NCBI RefSeq assembly: GCF_001194135.2
Contig: NC_068983.1
Location: 109,338,931-109,402,930 of the forward strand
DNA: 64,000 bases
DNA from: Octopus bimaculoides
Taxonomy: Eukaryota
Direction of reading: 5' to 3'
Within the stretch, counting starts at the first letter, position 1, and each line of letters begins with the position of its first letter. A program made the translations under genes and the position numbers. Below are positions 13,281-26,042 of this stretch, piece by piece. The notes beneath the pieces are model-generated. The model did no database searches. It was not told where the DNA came from and worked only from the letters and a program-made list of their open reading frames with translations.

Positions 13281-13639
13281 AATTTTATGTCATATATAAT
13301 TTATTTTATATCATAATTAATGTGCACTACTACCTATGTATTTTATATCATAATTAATGGGTAATGACACCAATGACGACAGTTTCTGAATGAAATAATC
13401 ATTAGTTTACTGAATTTCTGATTGAGAAAAAAACAAGGGGATATAACTTGAATCGGAACAAATATTACACAGGACTTAACTCATACAACATCAGTTTTTT
13501 AGTTTTTTAATTTTCACTGATATGTACAATTTTTTTCTGATATTCATTAACAAAACACACATGCATATACAAGCATTACCAATTAAAAGAGGGCAATAAC
13601 TATATAAGAAACAATTGCATTGGAGCATTGTTAGGTACC

Positions 13640-13930
13640 ATGAACACTCTGGAGATAGATTCTCTTAAATGCCCAGCTTGCTCAAGAGTGAATGACAGCT
13701 TATGTCACCAAGGAATGTATTTAGTAGTTGAGGCGTAGGTTGCTTCAAAACTATAGTAATCAGGCTAAGAACAGGCTGGAAAAGTTCAGGGAGCAAGTAC
13801 CACTGATGGCAGCAAATGTTTTTTCCTTGGACTGGAGGGTAGATAACACTTGTGTTTGGACTGAGATGTTAGATGGTAGTAGAAAATGAGTCTTGAATGC
13901 AGAGAACTTCAGAAGACAGCTCCCCTTTAC
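13640..13930 (-). mobile_element. Possible CR1/L2-like LINE remnant
   Basis: GSCLLKFSAFKTHFL resembles the WGxxNLVxFNxSKTQ post-RT motif. Weak. Confidence 0.3.
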
Positions 13931-15339
13931 CCGTTCTTTTTCTACACTGTCAGTCATTTCCTACTCTCCCCTTCCTCTCACCTTAACTCATATGTATCAC
14001 TGGTCATCCCTTCCACCCACTCCGTATTCACCACTCATCGCATCCATCAAACCTATCCAATTTTTTTCAGATGTCCCTTACTTTTCACTAGCTTCCCAAC
14101 AGCTACCCACCAACAATCCCAGTTTGCCTGTCCTCCAATCACTTCTAGCCACCTTGTACTTTGAGGTTCCACAATGACACTACATCATCACTATTTTATA
14201 TCTTTCCACTTCCATTCTATAATGAGAGTAAGCATGTAGCTCGTCTACAGGAAGAAACTTGTTCTGGTCCCTTCTCTCTTACATTATTTTCTGGTCAGAA
14301 AATTCCACTGACAAAAGAGTATGGTAGTTTTTATGAGGTGCTATGTAGTAGAGCTGACTCTAAACTGTATGGCTGGTAAGCAAATTTTTAGCCATACAGC
14401 CACACCATGCTTATTTGTAAAGAATGAAATCACATCGCTTTACACAAGAACCAAATTATTAATGGATTAGTGGCCTGTATCATTTAGAACAAGTTTTTAA
14501 ACAATTTAGAGAGTTGCTACTTCTCATTTGTCTTTTTCATATTTTGACAAAAAAACCAAATTGTTTCTATTTTATCTGATGATTTCTTAGAGAATAGCCT
14601 GTGGAAGAATTAACAATTCTTGTTTCTAGGAATGTGCCCTAACCAAATTCAAGAGCCAGTTTTCTATAAAACAAGAGTGTTAGTAAATAGAGGCTTTGTG
14701 GTAATATACCAGTTTATAAAATTGAGTTAATGCATCAAAAGAACAAAATTTAGTTAAAGGGTGCACATCATCTAAACTTTTGGCACTGAAGTGATGTCTA
14801 GTTAATAAACACTTTGCTCTGTGATATCTTTGTGTTCCTAGAAACTATATCTATATAAAAAATGCTGAATATCATCTCTTTTAGTAATCTCATAAAATAC
14901 CATACTTAATGGAAAAACTATCATTTTGAATAGATTTCTCAAGAGATAGTTAATGTTTACATCTGTTGCTGAATTTTACCAGGTTATCTACTGCTTATTT
15001 ATAGTCTATCTTTTCAATGAAGTGATTTATTTTCAGTAATACTTTAAGAATGGTTTTATACAGGTTAAATGGAGTGGTGAAAGACTGTACAGAATAAAAA
15101 TTAGTGATTGTTGTTGAAGCTAATAGGAGATTCTAAGTGGTTGAGATTTGAATAATTCCTAAATAACAATCATAGGGCTCAGCTGGAGACCAGTTTAGAA
15201 TCATTCGAGCATGAGATAAAAAGCTTTGCAGTACTTGTTTAGGTTATTTGCATTTTGAGTTCAGGGTCAACTTTGTGTTTCACTTTTCTGGTATCGATAA
15301 AATAAAGTCCTAGTTAAGTACTAAGATCAATTTAATCAC

Positions 15340-15421
15340 CTGTTCCCTCTTCCATATTCATGAGCTTATGCCTACACAAAATATTATCATTAAAAGGATT
15401 GAACAAAAACATTTTAATGAC
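15340..15421 (-). CDS. Weak candidate exon (VIKMFLFNPFNDNILCRHKLMNMEEGT)
   Basis: Acceptor ttctgctaatttacAG, donor CAG|GTGATT, 82 nt, one open frame. The acceptor abuts an RTE 3' remnant, so it may be fortuitous. Confidence 0.22.
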
Positions 15422-15429
15422 CTGTAAAT

Positions 15430-16057
15430 TAGCAGAAATCCCTGATGTGTTGGGCGATAGGATATGCTTGAGAAGACCTGTTGAGTCAAGTAAAACCAAT
15501 ATCATAGGTGGTGCCAGTACCCACTGACTGGATCCTGTGCTGGTGGCATGTAAAAAGCACCATCCAAATGTGGTCAATGCCAGGTTCGCCTGACTGGCTC
15601 CTGAGCCAGTGGTACATAAAAAGCACCAACCGAACGTGGCTGATGCCAGAATCCCCACACTGGCTCCCATGCCAGTGACACATAAAAAGCACCATCTGAA
15701 TGTGGTCAATACCAGATCCACCTGAATGGTTCCCGTGCTGGTGGCATGTAAAAATCACCAACCGATCATGACTGATGCCAGCACCCCGTGACTGACTCCT
15801 GTACCGGTGGCACGTAAAAAGCACCATCTGAATGTGATCTTTGCCAGGCCCGCCTGACTGACTCCTATGTCAATGGCACGTAGAAAGCATCCACTACACT
15901 CTTAGAGAGTTTGGCATTAGGAAGGGCATCTGGCTGTAGAAATTTTGCCAGATCAGATTGGAGCCTGGTGCAGCTGCTGACTATCCAGACCTCAGTAAAA
16001 CCATCCAACCTATACCAGCATGGAAAACAGACATTAATCAATAATGATGATGATGAT
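15430..16057 (+). mobile_element. RTE 3' end with six 66-nt modules
   Basis: ORF-end remnant gcttgagaagacc. The aaaaagcacc motif recurs at 15552, 15618, 15684, 15750, 15816 and 15882. (GAT)n tail. Confidence 0.88.
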
Positions 16058-17636
16058 TACTTATATTTCACATCATAATAATCAATTGTTTGAAAAATGT
16101 TTAGATCTTAAGTTAACCTTTATAAAATATCCAAAATATTAAAAGAATCACATATAAAATAAAACTGATTTTGGCTTTGAATTCAAAAAATATTCTTAGC
16201 CATTAAAGATTAATATCACTTGTTTAACCTCAGCTCAGTTCTGATCAAACACACCTATGATTAAAAGGGTGCAGTTGTGACCATCCTGTCTTTTTTTAGG
16301 GATATCATTTTTAAGATAGTAAGGTGTAATTTTAGAAATATTTGGTTGCTATTTCTAGCAGGTTGAGTGACTTCACAAAGTCTCCCTTAATAGTTCAAAA
16401 TCTATAAGAGTTTTTAAACGATGGAATTCTTAATGGTTGATGATCGATTTTATAAAACATTTGGAACTTGAGAGTACAATATGATTGCTTGCAGTTTTGC
16501 ATATTTCCATAATAGACAGTAGATTTACATTCACAGACAGTTTTGATAAGAAAGAAGATAACTCTGTTTACACTTAAGATGTTATTGTTAGGATATCATA
16601 TGAAAAGAAGAGAACACTAGACATTCTGTGCACAACACCAAAGAAGTGGAATAGCACTGAAATGAAGAGATGATTGGATATGTATTGAAAATGCCAAAAA
16701 TAGAGATTCAGACAAATCTTAAAAAGCAGTGCATTTTAAATATGTCTGAGTGTTGTGTTCCAAAAATTGAATAATGATAAATTACATTAATAAGAATCAA
16801 ATTTCAATGAAGTTGCAATTATTTCTAATAAGTGGATGAGTTAGCTTTACTACTTATTATTCTTTTGTAAATATAAAATTTAACTCTTGGGAAATTATAT
16901 TTCATTGCTTTATTATTCACATATTAGGTATAACTTTGCATTGTTATCAAATTATTATCAAGTATCTGGTTCTTTTCTTTATTGTGAATGCACAATATTT
17001 TTGATAGAATAGATTAATTCCTTAACCGTATTAACAAAGATAAGCATTTCAGATATGACTCCTAAACTGATTTTTATATTCTTTCAATGTTTTTATTTAA
17101 AAATAAAACACCTGCACAGAAGAACAGCATTGTTGCTTCTTTTCATATATTTATTAGTTATGATAAAATATTATTACTAATAAATCAAAGAACACGGTAT
17201 TAGAATATTTATCAATTTTTTTAACCTCTGTATCAATACTTTAATTAGTTGACATCTTTCATTCTGTAAAAGATGATACTAACTTGTACTGAAGTTCCAA
17301 GACACAGTTCAGTAAACTATCACTTTGCTGCTTCTGTTTCAATTACAATATTTTTGAATGTATAAAGAAGAGAACATCTTGACAAATAGACAGTCAGTTT
17401 TCTTTCATTATTCAATAAGTTATTTGCACGAATGACAACAAATTATTCATCTTGCATCTTAATTTACAATATTTTAATCAGTAGAAATATATTGGTAACA
17501 AATTGTCAAATAATATATTAAACTGAGGGAAAAAAATGAAGATGAAAAATATGTAATAATTTTCTACTTCTTTATTCCTAGTAAAACAATAACAATCTAT
17601 TGGTTCAATATCTGATAACTATTATTTTCTAAAGTA

Positions 17637-17845
17637 TGAGTGGGTGCTGATAAGTCCTGGCTTTGGGTAAAAGAAAATACAGGAGGATCAGTTAATTATG
17701 ATTTTATTCAGCATATTCCCATCTCAAATTCACACACTTAGTGCAGCAGTCCTTCAGTTTTTCTAAGCCCAACCTCAGAAGGTTGGGCCTCAAACCAGGC
17801 CTTTCATAATACCCTTAAAGCTAGGAACTTTTCAGTACTCCCTTG
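17637..17845. mobile_element. Mariner-derived MITE
   Basis: TA-flanked imperfect TIRs tgagtgggtgctgataagtcctggcttt / aaagctaggaacttttcagtactcccttg. 209 bp, non-coding. Confidence 0.75.
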
Positions 17846-18599
17846 TAGTCGACATTGTCCTCTGCCCTTCATTTCACACATTTTGCAAGCTAATATGAAA
17901 TTATGTCTGCTTAGAGTTCCAGTAAACCAATTGTCTTGCAAGGCCTTCCATTAAGGAAAATTCTATTTTATGATATGAAAGAGGATATTCCATTAATTAG
18001 CAAGTGATAGCTTCTAGTATTTATTCTAGTCTTATCCACATCAACAAATTGTGTAAATATGTATTATACAATATGCAGCACTGCCTTCTTATACATCTGT
18101 CAAGCAATATTCACAAACTTATGAATCATTTGAGACACACTTGAAAATTTATGTTAAACAAATATTATAAGGCACAATCTCTAACCTACTTATTTGGTGT
18201 TATGCAAATGTTTGTGAAATATCTGGATGCATATATTTGATTATCATGAAAAATGTGAAACAAATGAAGTTCCTTATTGAATATTCTATATACTCATGCC
18301 ATTACTTTCCATTCAAATACTTAAATGACGATGGAAAATTCTAATATAGTATTTCAACAACAGTGTTAAAAGATATCAGTGTAACACTGTTGCTGAAATT
18401 GACAGAGACACTTCATCATCCATTTATTCATTTTTGCATGCATGTGTGCATGTTTGCATACATATATATATAACATGGCACTGTTGACATCGGACTTGCA
18501 GGTATAGAGAACTATCTAAAATGCCTTTTGAACGTTTTCTTTTACAGCTGTGCTGACCCCTCTAGCCTAAGTCAGTAACTGGATTATTTCTGCTGCTAC

Positions 18600-21090
18600 A
18601 AATAAGAGAAACACCTTTTACATGCCATCAAAATGTTATTTGGACAAGATTACAAAATATATGAAACACCATGTGGAATTTTGTTATGACAAGCATGCAA
18701 ACATGGCTGATATTGATAACAGCAACACAAGCATTACTATGATACCTGTAAGTTATTTAAGATGATGTCTGTACAAGATCTACTTCTGTGCAATGGAAAA
18801 GTCTCAGATGATCCTTCTATCAGCTATACTAAGTGGCTAAAAACTACGGGGCAAATGTCATCCAAACTTAATGTATTTTACAGCAAAACAGCTTCAGCAA
18901 CAAGCATCTTTCTTTGCAAACAAAAATGGCTTTCACAGAAAGTAATTGTTATTCTAATTCCTGTGATGCAAATAGATCTTCTTAAGAGACTCTGAAACAA
19001 CCAAAATCTGCCATAAGAGATCAAAAGTAATGTAACCAATTTGAAAAAGAAGACAGTGAAATATATTCAATTTAGGAATAATTTGAAATCTCAGTTCATA
19101 AGAAAATTTTCCAGTTCTTCTAAGTTGTCTTTGAGTTATAGGTCATTCTTAAAGTGGTTATAGAAAATGCCAACTGCTTGTTATTGATGATATCACTGGA
19201 GAACAATGGAATCATGAGATGTTAACTATTAGACAATTTAACACCTTCCTATATACAGCTGCTATTACACTTAAAGAACACTTCCAAGAAACCTGCAGTG
19301 CACATGCTAATGAAATTATTAAACAGAAGCCACCCAAACAGAAAACAAAACTTGAAATAAACATCAACAACTGGCATTGCCATGTTAGATGGTTAAGCAC
19401 AGTAATAAAATGTATGTAGGATAATGAGTTCATACCTCACCAATTGCATCTTATGCAAACAAAAACAAAGCTCTATGGCAACTCTTCATGGCAAGCTCTT
19501 GAGAGAAAGCTAATTACTTTAAAGCATGTAGAACACTAAACAAAAAAAAAACTTCATTATTGTAGGAAAATGTTTGAGCAAGCTAGTTTGAATGTCAAGT
19601 TTCCTTCCAATCTACAGGTATTTTACCAGGAGATAAGGAAGAAAAACATTACCATTAAGAAAGCCCATCACAAGAAGATCTTGAATCATTCTGGTTTCAT
19701 ATCTGGAACAAAAAAAGAGATTTCAGCCAGGATGCATCATGGCTAAATACAGTAAGGAAAGAATACTGAACCAACATCATCAGTAAAATATACACAATTG
19801 ACTTTGAAACTTGCACTAAAGTTGTACACAAACTAAATAATAATGTGGCACATAGAAGAAACCTCATTGATGGATACTGATAGAAGAGGCTAACCTACTA
19901 TAAAAACCATTATGAATGTTAAAAAAACAATAAAAGGCCAATTTGCAAACTGGTGAAGATAAATCTTGAAGCTAAGATGAAACCACTAAGTTGGTAAAGA
20001 ACTAAAGGCTCATTGCTTGCCTAAACATTGTTTTCCAGCTTTATGCAATGTCAACCAATTGCAACATAATCATCTAAGTCAACAACATGGTAATTGATTA
20101 GCAGGCAAGTGGGAAAAAGAGAGTGTGGGGACATACTGAACAACTTTTGGTAAAGCTGTGCTGTCTGAAGTAAGAAAACAACAGAAAACTTGTGACAATG
20201 CAATGTGGCTTGATTATAGGAACGTATTTGACTCTCAACTCTATTCCCCACTTATAGTTGCTGAAATCTCTCCACTTAATAAAAGTACTTGTAAACTCAA
20301 TTCCTGCCATTCAGAAGCTCACAAAGACTTCAGTAACAATCCTTACACTTACAAGTGAGAGTGCAATGATCAGCTTTGATGTTATAAATATTTCAAAGGA
20401 AATATCACAACAAGATAATATAAATCCAATATCATTTCTGTTACAAAATTTCCATAACTACATGTTAGAGTCTGTGACTGCTACAGATACCAATAAAATC
20501 CATAATTTCTTTGTGGTTGACCTGAAGATCTATGCTAAAAATGTTTACAGTGCTGAAAACATCTGGAGTTAATAACAATATTTTCAGCTGACATAAGAGT
20601 GGAATTTGGCCAAAAGAAGTTTTCGTATTTGATTGTTTAATGTAGAAAATCAGTTCTCCAAATCCAGAACCTGTGTCAATAATTTCTCTATCCCTCATTT
20701 TTCACGCAAAGAATGCTACAAATACCTAGACATTGATGAAAATGTAATGCACAAATGTGTTGTGAACACAGAATAACTGAAAAAAATTACATCAGGCTTA
20801 AAAAAATATGACAGTTGGAGTTCTCTGCTAACATGACAATATCTCATAGAACATTTGCAGTACTAAAGATGATGCTAGCATCTAAGATGTTTGACTGATC
20901 TGTAGCGGAAAGCTATTCCATGAATGTTAAAATAACTCATGAGCTAGTAACTTCCACAGAAACAGAGATGTTGACAGGCTCTACATACGAAGAAATGGAG
21001 GAGGTAGACTTGAGAGTAGTACCACCAGCCTGCAAATGTCATAGTATCTCTCAGACATTACCTGTGTGCATTTTCGTGAGTGCCCTTGTC
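18600..21090 (+). mobile_element. R4/Dong-like non-LTR retrotransposon, long decayed copy
   Basis: WLDYRNVFDS (about 20205), FFVVDLKIYAKN (YxDD region), YKYLDIDEN (about 20738) and the upstream FYQEIRKKNITIKKA..QEDLESFW segment. Many stops and frameshifts. Confidence 0.75.
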
Positions 21091-21507
21091 TAGACACCAT
21101 GGGATGGTTGTAAATGAGCATCGTTGTCACATGAGCAAAGTTGTGTGTCATTAGTAATCGATAAAAAAACATGTCTACCTACTAGTGATGAGAAAATATT
21201 ATTGTGCTTGGCAACGGGAAGGGCAACCAGCCATAGAAAATCTGCCTTAACAAATTCTATATGATCAATGCAAGCTTGAAAAAATGGCTGATAAATCACA
21301 GTGATTATGAAGAAATCACTGATTATGATACTGCTCTTGCTGCTGCAGCTGATGTATGTATATGCACATTTGCATGCACAAAAATAAACATAAGAGAAAA
21401 GTATTCAATACAAAAGATAGCAATGTATGGTATGCCCAGGTGTAACCTTAATATAACCAAGTTTCTCCTTTCCAGACATCGTTTGAATATCGTTAATGAA
21501 TATGTTC

Positions 21508-21549
<42 letters not shown>

Positions 21550-21559
21550 ATTATTTGGG

Positions 21560-22400
21560 GATGGTCATGTTACCAGTTTAGCCAATAAAAACACATGCAC
21601 TATATATTTGGTGTTAATTTGCTTCAGCTTTATATTACATTAATTGTATTTCGGCCAGAGTTCTTTTGTCACACTTCTGTGATCTCATCAGTGGTCCTTT
21701 GCTTTCTTCTTTCTTATATGTGTGTCCCTCCTTGGTAACGATCAGCCATTTTGTATTTTGTATGGGTTTAAAAATGCACATGCGTATCCCTCTATGTGTG
21801 TCGATGTTTTGTAAGTGCATGCGTGTGTATGGGGAGTGCCTGTATTATCTGTATCCCCTGTTAATACATGTTCGTTTAATTTGTTTTTATTTATTTGTTC
21901 ATGTGTTTATACCTACTTTTTTTGTATTTAATTTTGTTAACATATGTAGTTATTTAATTCTATTTGTTTATCTATGTATTGTATTATATTTTGTTTATAT
22001 TGTTATAAGTTTAGGGGGATTTTATTGTCATATGTTGTGGTTTGTTGGGGGCGTGTGCTAGTGTTCCATTCGAGTTTCCTAATCAGGCTAGGTTTATCTT
22101 CTATTATGTGTGTAGCTTCTGTAATTTGTCTAAGCACTGCATCTGTTCTATGTGTAGATAAGATTTTAATTTCCATGTTGTTGAGCGAGCCTCCGTGTTC
22201 CTGCTCAGCGTGCTGGTACAGAACTGATGAGCTCTTCTCTTCCTTAAGTTCCCTCCAATGTCATTTACCCGCTCTCCTATGCTCTGTGCTGTTTCCCCTA
22301 AGTACTTCATTGTCTTGTTACTGCATCGTCCCTCTGTATATCTTATACTATACACCACATTTCTGGTTTTACAGTTTGTTTGTGGGCTAAATCTACATAC
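21560..22400 (-). mobile_element. Penelope-like element 3' portion (GIY-YIG endonuclease remnant plus tail with hammerhead motif)
   Basis: ORF 22104-22358 reads MVYSIRYTEG...KYLGETAQSIGER (GIY-YIG motif). DNA is similar to 31190-31460. Confidence 0.75.
21653..21697 (-). ncRNA. Minimal type I hammerhead ribozyme motif (degenerate) in a Penelope-like element tail
   Basis: Minus strand reads GGACCA-CUGAUGA-GAUCAC agaagu GUGAC-AAAA(GAAA with G>A)-GAAC-UC-UGGCC. This gives stem I, the CUGANGA core, stem II, a short stem III loop and a UH site. Lies 3' of a GIY-YIG remnant. Confidence 0.6.
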
Positions 22401-22539
22401 AGTACAGTTCCTATCAGTGAAAGTTTCCAGGTCAATTGCATATGTTTTAATTTTGATGTTGGTACAGTATTCTCTCCTTACTTCATTTAGCCATGATGCC
22501 TTAAGGTTGAAATCCCTTTCTGCATTCCAGATTTTTAAC

Positions 22540-23960
22540 TAGAATGATTCAAGAACTTCTTGAGAGGAGCCTTTCTTAACAGTAATGTTTTCCTTCCTCA
22601 CCTTTCTGTGTAATGTCAGTGGGTTAGAAGCAAACTTGTGATTTATAAAGGCTTGTTCAAAAATTTGTCTGCGGTAGTGAAGATTTTTGCTCAATGTCCT
22701 GAGTTTGTGTTTTAGAATATTTAACCTTCCTTCAAGAGTTTGGTGTGAAGAGTCACCATGGAGTTTTGTTAATTTATTCATAAATATGTAACTGATGGGG
22801 TGTAAACTCATCATTCCTCTTATATTTTATTATTAAGGTTAAGCTTAGATTGCTGATGTTTTCTTCAAGTTTTGTTTTCCATCTAGGTTGTTTACATTTA
22901 GTACTTTCATCACCAAGTATACAGCAAATTTCTGCTAAGACTAATAACAACTGTGTATCTGAGGGTGTTAATATTCCAATAATTAACATCACATGATTCC
23001 ATGTGTTCTCCAGTGGCATAGTTGATAACTTTTAACATTAGAGCTGTTGGAATTTTTCTTAATCTTGTTAAGAATGGCTTGTCACTTAAAGATAGATTAG
23101 AAAAGGTAGAAGAATTTTCTACAAAAGTTGAATATATTGTCTCTGTTGACTCAGCTATATTTGAAGTTATGCAAGAATTTAGTGATGGCAGCAGCAGTTT
23201 ATTTACATTATTTTCAATCTCTCTTCTGGCAGGTTTTGGCCAGTTCTCAGTGTTTTGAGAAGATTGATTTGCATTAGAAGAGCAAGTCATTTTTATATAG
23301 GAAAATAAGCATACATGTATGTGTTTTGTTTCTTTGAGTTTTATTTAAGTTCTTCTTAAGGAAGTTCAAGCCAGTCATTAACAAACAAGAATTTGCAAGT
23401 TGAGTTCCCAGTGTTTGTAGGTATGTGATTCAGTTGGTGTGTTGGATGCATTGTCAATGCACACACACAAGTGTTTGTGCACTAATTAATCTAAAGTATC
23501 TCGGACAGAGAATCTTTGTAGTGTCTTACAAATTTTTACTGCACCACATATAGATTGAATTTGAAGAATGGGTGTCAGTTTCTTTAATTTCTTTGAAAAA
23601 CTAAGCATTTATAGGTTTTGGTGCACATTTGCAGGTACATAGCCTAATGCACCTATGATGATAGGTACAAATGAGAATTTATGGTCAGTGTACAAGAGCT
23701 GTAATTCACCATAAATGTTCTCTTTCTCCTGGAATTTTGATGGAGTGTATGCGTCTGCTGGGCAGCTGACCTCTACAACAGTGCATGACTTTTGCTCCCT
23801 GTCCTACAGAATGATATCCACGAGTATTACTTGTTTTTAAATGTGTGGATACATGCTGGTGCTGACATGCTTTTGATGCATACATCAGAGCAATCCTTCC
23901 TGTGGACACCATTCTAAATAGTCTTTGCAACTATATCATGCCTCAAGAAAAGGTAATATC
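22540..23960 (-). mobile_element. R4/Dong-like LINE fragment (region upstream of RT), opposite orientation to 18600-21090
   Basis: KNLHYRRQIFEQAFINHKFASNPLTLHRKVRKENITVKKGSSQEVLESF is homologous to the + strand translation near 19550-19695. The 23300-23960 part is less certain. Confidence 0.7.
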
Positions 23961-24116
23961 TCACAGGGCAACTGGTAATGATGGGGGTTATACTGATATA
24001 GCATAAACAAAATTTGGTTTGGTGGTAGCTATGTTTCTTTTGTTTATGAGGTGTTTAGTAGTTGTCTCCTGTTCCTGAATAGCAAAGGCATATTCTTCTA
24101 GGTGGGATGTAATATA

Positions 24117-25149
24117 TCAGGCTGAGTAAAAAATAAGCAACGTTTTGAAACACAAAATTCATCACAATATATTTTAACAATGCAGAAATTTTATTCATCA
24201 AAGTAAGTATCATTACAATCAACATATTTTTGCCAATGAGTTACAAGTTTGTTTATTCTGGTAACATAAAAATCTTGAGTTCTGGAGCTGATGGACTCTT
24301 TGAAATGCACTTTTAGCATTGGTTTGATTTTTTAACTCCTCTTGAAGGAAACCATCAAGATGCTTGAAAAAATGATAGTCAGATGCTTGAGAAAAACAGT
24401 CACCATAACCTTCTTTTTGAAGAGCTCAGGTTTGTTTAGAGAAGATTTTCAGTGCTTCATTTTGGCTCAAACACTGCAAAGAATGTCTTTTATTATTGTA
24501 CAGAATCCAATTTTCATTGCAAGTTACAATACGTTTGAGAAGTGCATTGGTGTGGTTACGGAGAAGAAGCAATGAGTAAATTTCATATCTATGCATTTTC
24601 TGATTTTCACTCAAATTGTGTGGTACCCATTTGTCGAGCTGTTTTGATTTTTTGATCACATGCAAATGGTTGCAGGCAGTTTACTGGCTAAGTTCTTTTG
24701 CCAGTTTTTGAGTGGTCTTATGTGGATCTTTCTTAATGACAGTCTTTAAGTGACTGTCGTCAATGACAGATGGGTGTCCACTATGCTCACGATATTCAAG
24801 GCTCAGGTCTCCACTGCAAAATCGTTGAAACCATTTTCGAGCTGACCACTCACTAACCATTTTCTCACCAAATGTTTTATTGATATCATGAGCAGTTTCA
24901 GCTGCGCTACGCCTTTTTTGAAGTTGAATAGCAAAATTGCTTGAATATCAAGCTTTGACAGTTTCATTTCAGATGGTTGTAATAATGGTGAAAAAAATAT
25001 CAATGTTAATTTACTGATGCATTTGGGCAAGTCTATGTCTGTATTATCAGACAATTTCAAAAAAAGGTTTTAAAAATTTCAAAACTCTGCAAGAATCTGG
25101 TACAAATTCTTCATAGTTCAAAACATTGCTTACTTTTTACTCAACCTGA
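24117..25149 (-). mobile_element. Mariner (Hsmar1/cecropia-like) element with internal deletion of the catalytic core
   Basis: About 33-bp TIRs (tcaggctgagtaaaaaataagcaacgttttgaa) with TA on both sides. ILLFNFKKG, KWVPHNL and RIVTCNENWILYNN motifs. Translation jumps from KKVMVTV to FLKHL. Confidence 0.9.
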
Positions 25150-25655
25150 TATCTATCACATGTCCAGTAGAGCCTACTCTTCCTGTCAATACTGTTGTTA
25201 TCTTCTAGCTTACAGGATATGTAACCATTTATTGCTTGTTGCAGTTATGATGCATGTTTCTCCTCCAAGCTTTTGTCTAGGTAGGTCAGTCCAGGCTTCC
25301 TTGAATTGTATGAAACAGTTGTAATCTCAGAGTACCTGCTCAGTAGTTCTTCTCCTACTTCGAAGATGTTGTTTCTCTCACTTTTGAGTATCCATGTAGT
25401 GTGTCTATTTTTTTTTATATTGTTTAGATGTTGTGTGAGTAATACAATGCAACATTTAAAGGCTATTTTGACTGGTCCTTTTCCTCTGCTGCCATCTCTT
25501 CATCCCACACAGAACTAATCAGTGTGATTGCCAGGGGTAATCAGCATCTTTCTAGTTTTAATGTCTAGGCCGCAGATGTCATCATGTGTCCAGTCCTATA
25601 TCACCAGCACTGCAAAAGTGTTGTGAGATATGATCTTGTTAAATACAAGCTTTCT

Positions 25656-25896
25656 TATTTCTTTATTGCCCACAAAGGGCTAAACATAGAGGGGACAAAC
25701 AAGGACAGACAAAGGGATTAAGTCGATTACATCGACCCTAGTGCATAACTGGTACTTAATTTATCGACCCGGAAAGGATGAAAGGCAAAGTCGACCTCGG
25801 CAGAATTTGAACTCAGAACGTAATGGCAGACGAAATACCGCTAAACATTTCGCCTGGCGTGTTAACGTTTCTGCCAGCTCACTGCCTTATTCTTTA
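25656..25896 (-). mobile_element. SINE family A copy (young)
   Basis: Nearly identical to 57499-57743: ggcagaaacgttagcacg...ttcaaattc.gccgaggtcgactttgcctttcatcctttc...gggcaataaagaa. Confidence 0.9.
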
Positions 25897-26042
25897 ACAG
25901 CAGGGTTCACCACCATCCCCTGCCAGAGCCTTGTGGAGCTTTAGGTGTTTTTCGCTCAATAAACACTCACAATGCCCCGATCTGGGAATCGAAACCGCGA
26001 TCCTATGACCGCAAGTCCGCTGCCCTAACCACTGGGCCATTG
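25897..26042 (-). mobile_element. 5' part of the same tRNA-derived SINE
   Basis: Reverse complement matches about 61425-61569. Confidence 0.88.

Noticed and set aside
15512-15895. Regularly spaced repeat resembling a CRISPR array
   Set aside because: Whole 66-nt units are homologous with no unique spacers, there are no cas genes, the context is eukaryotic, and it sits in an RTE 3' UTR.
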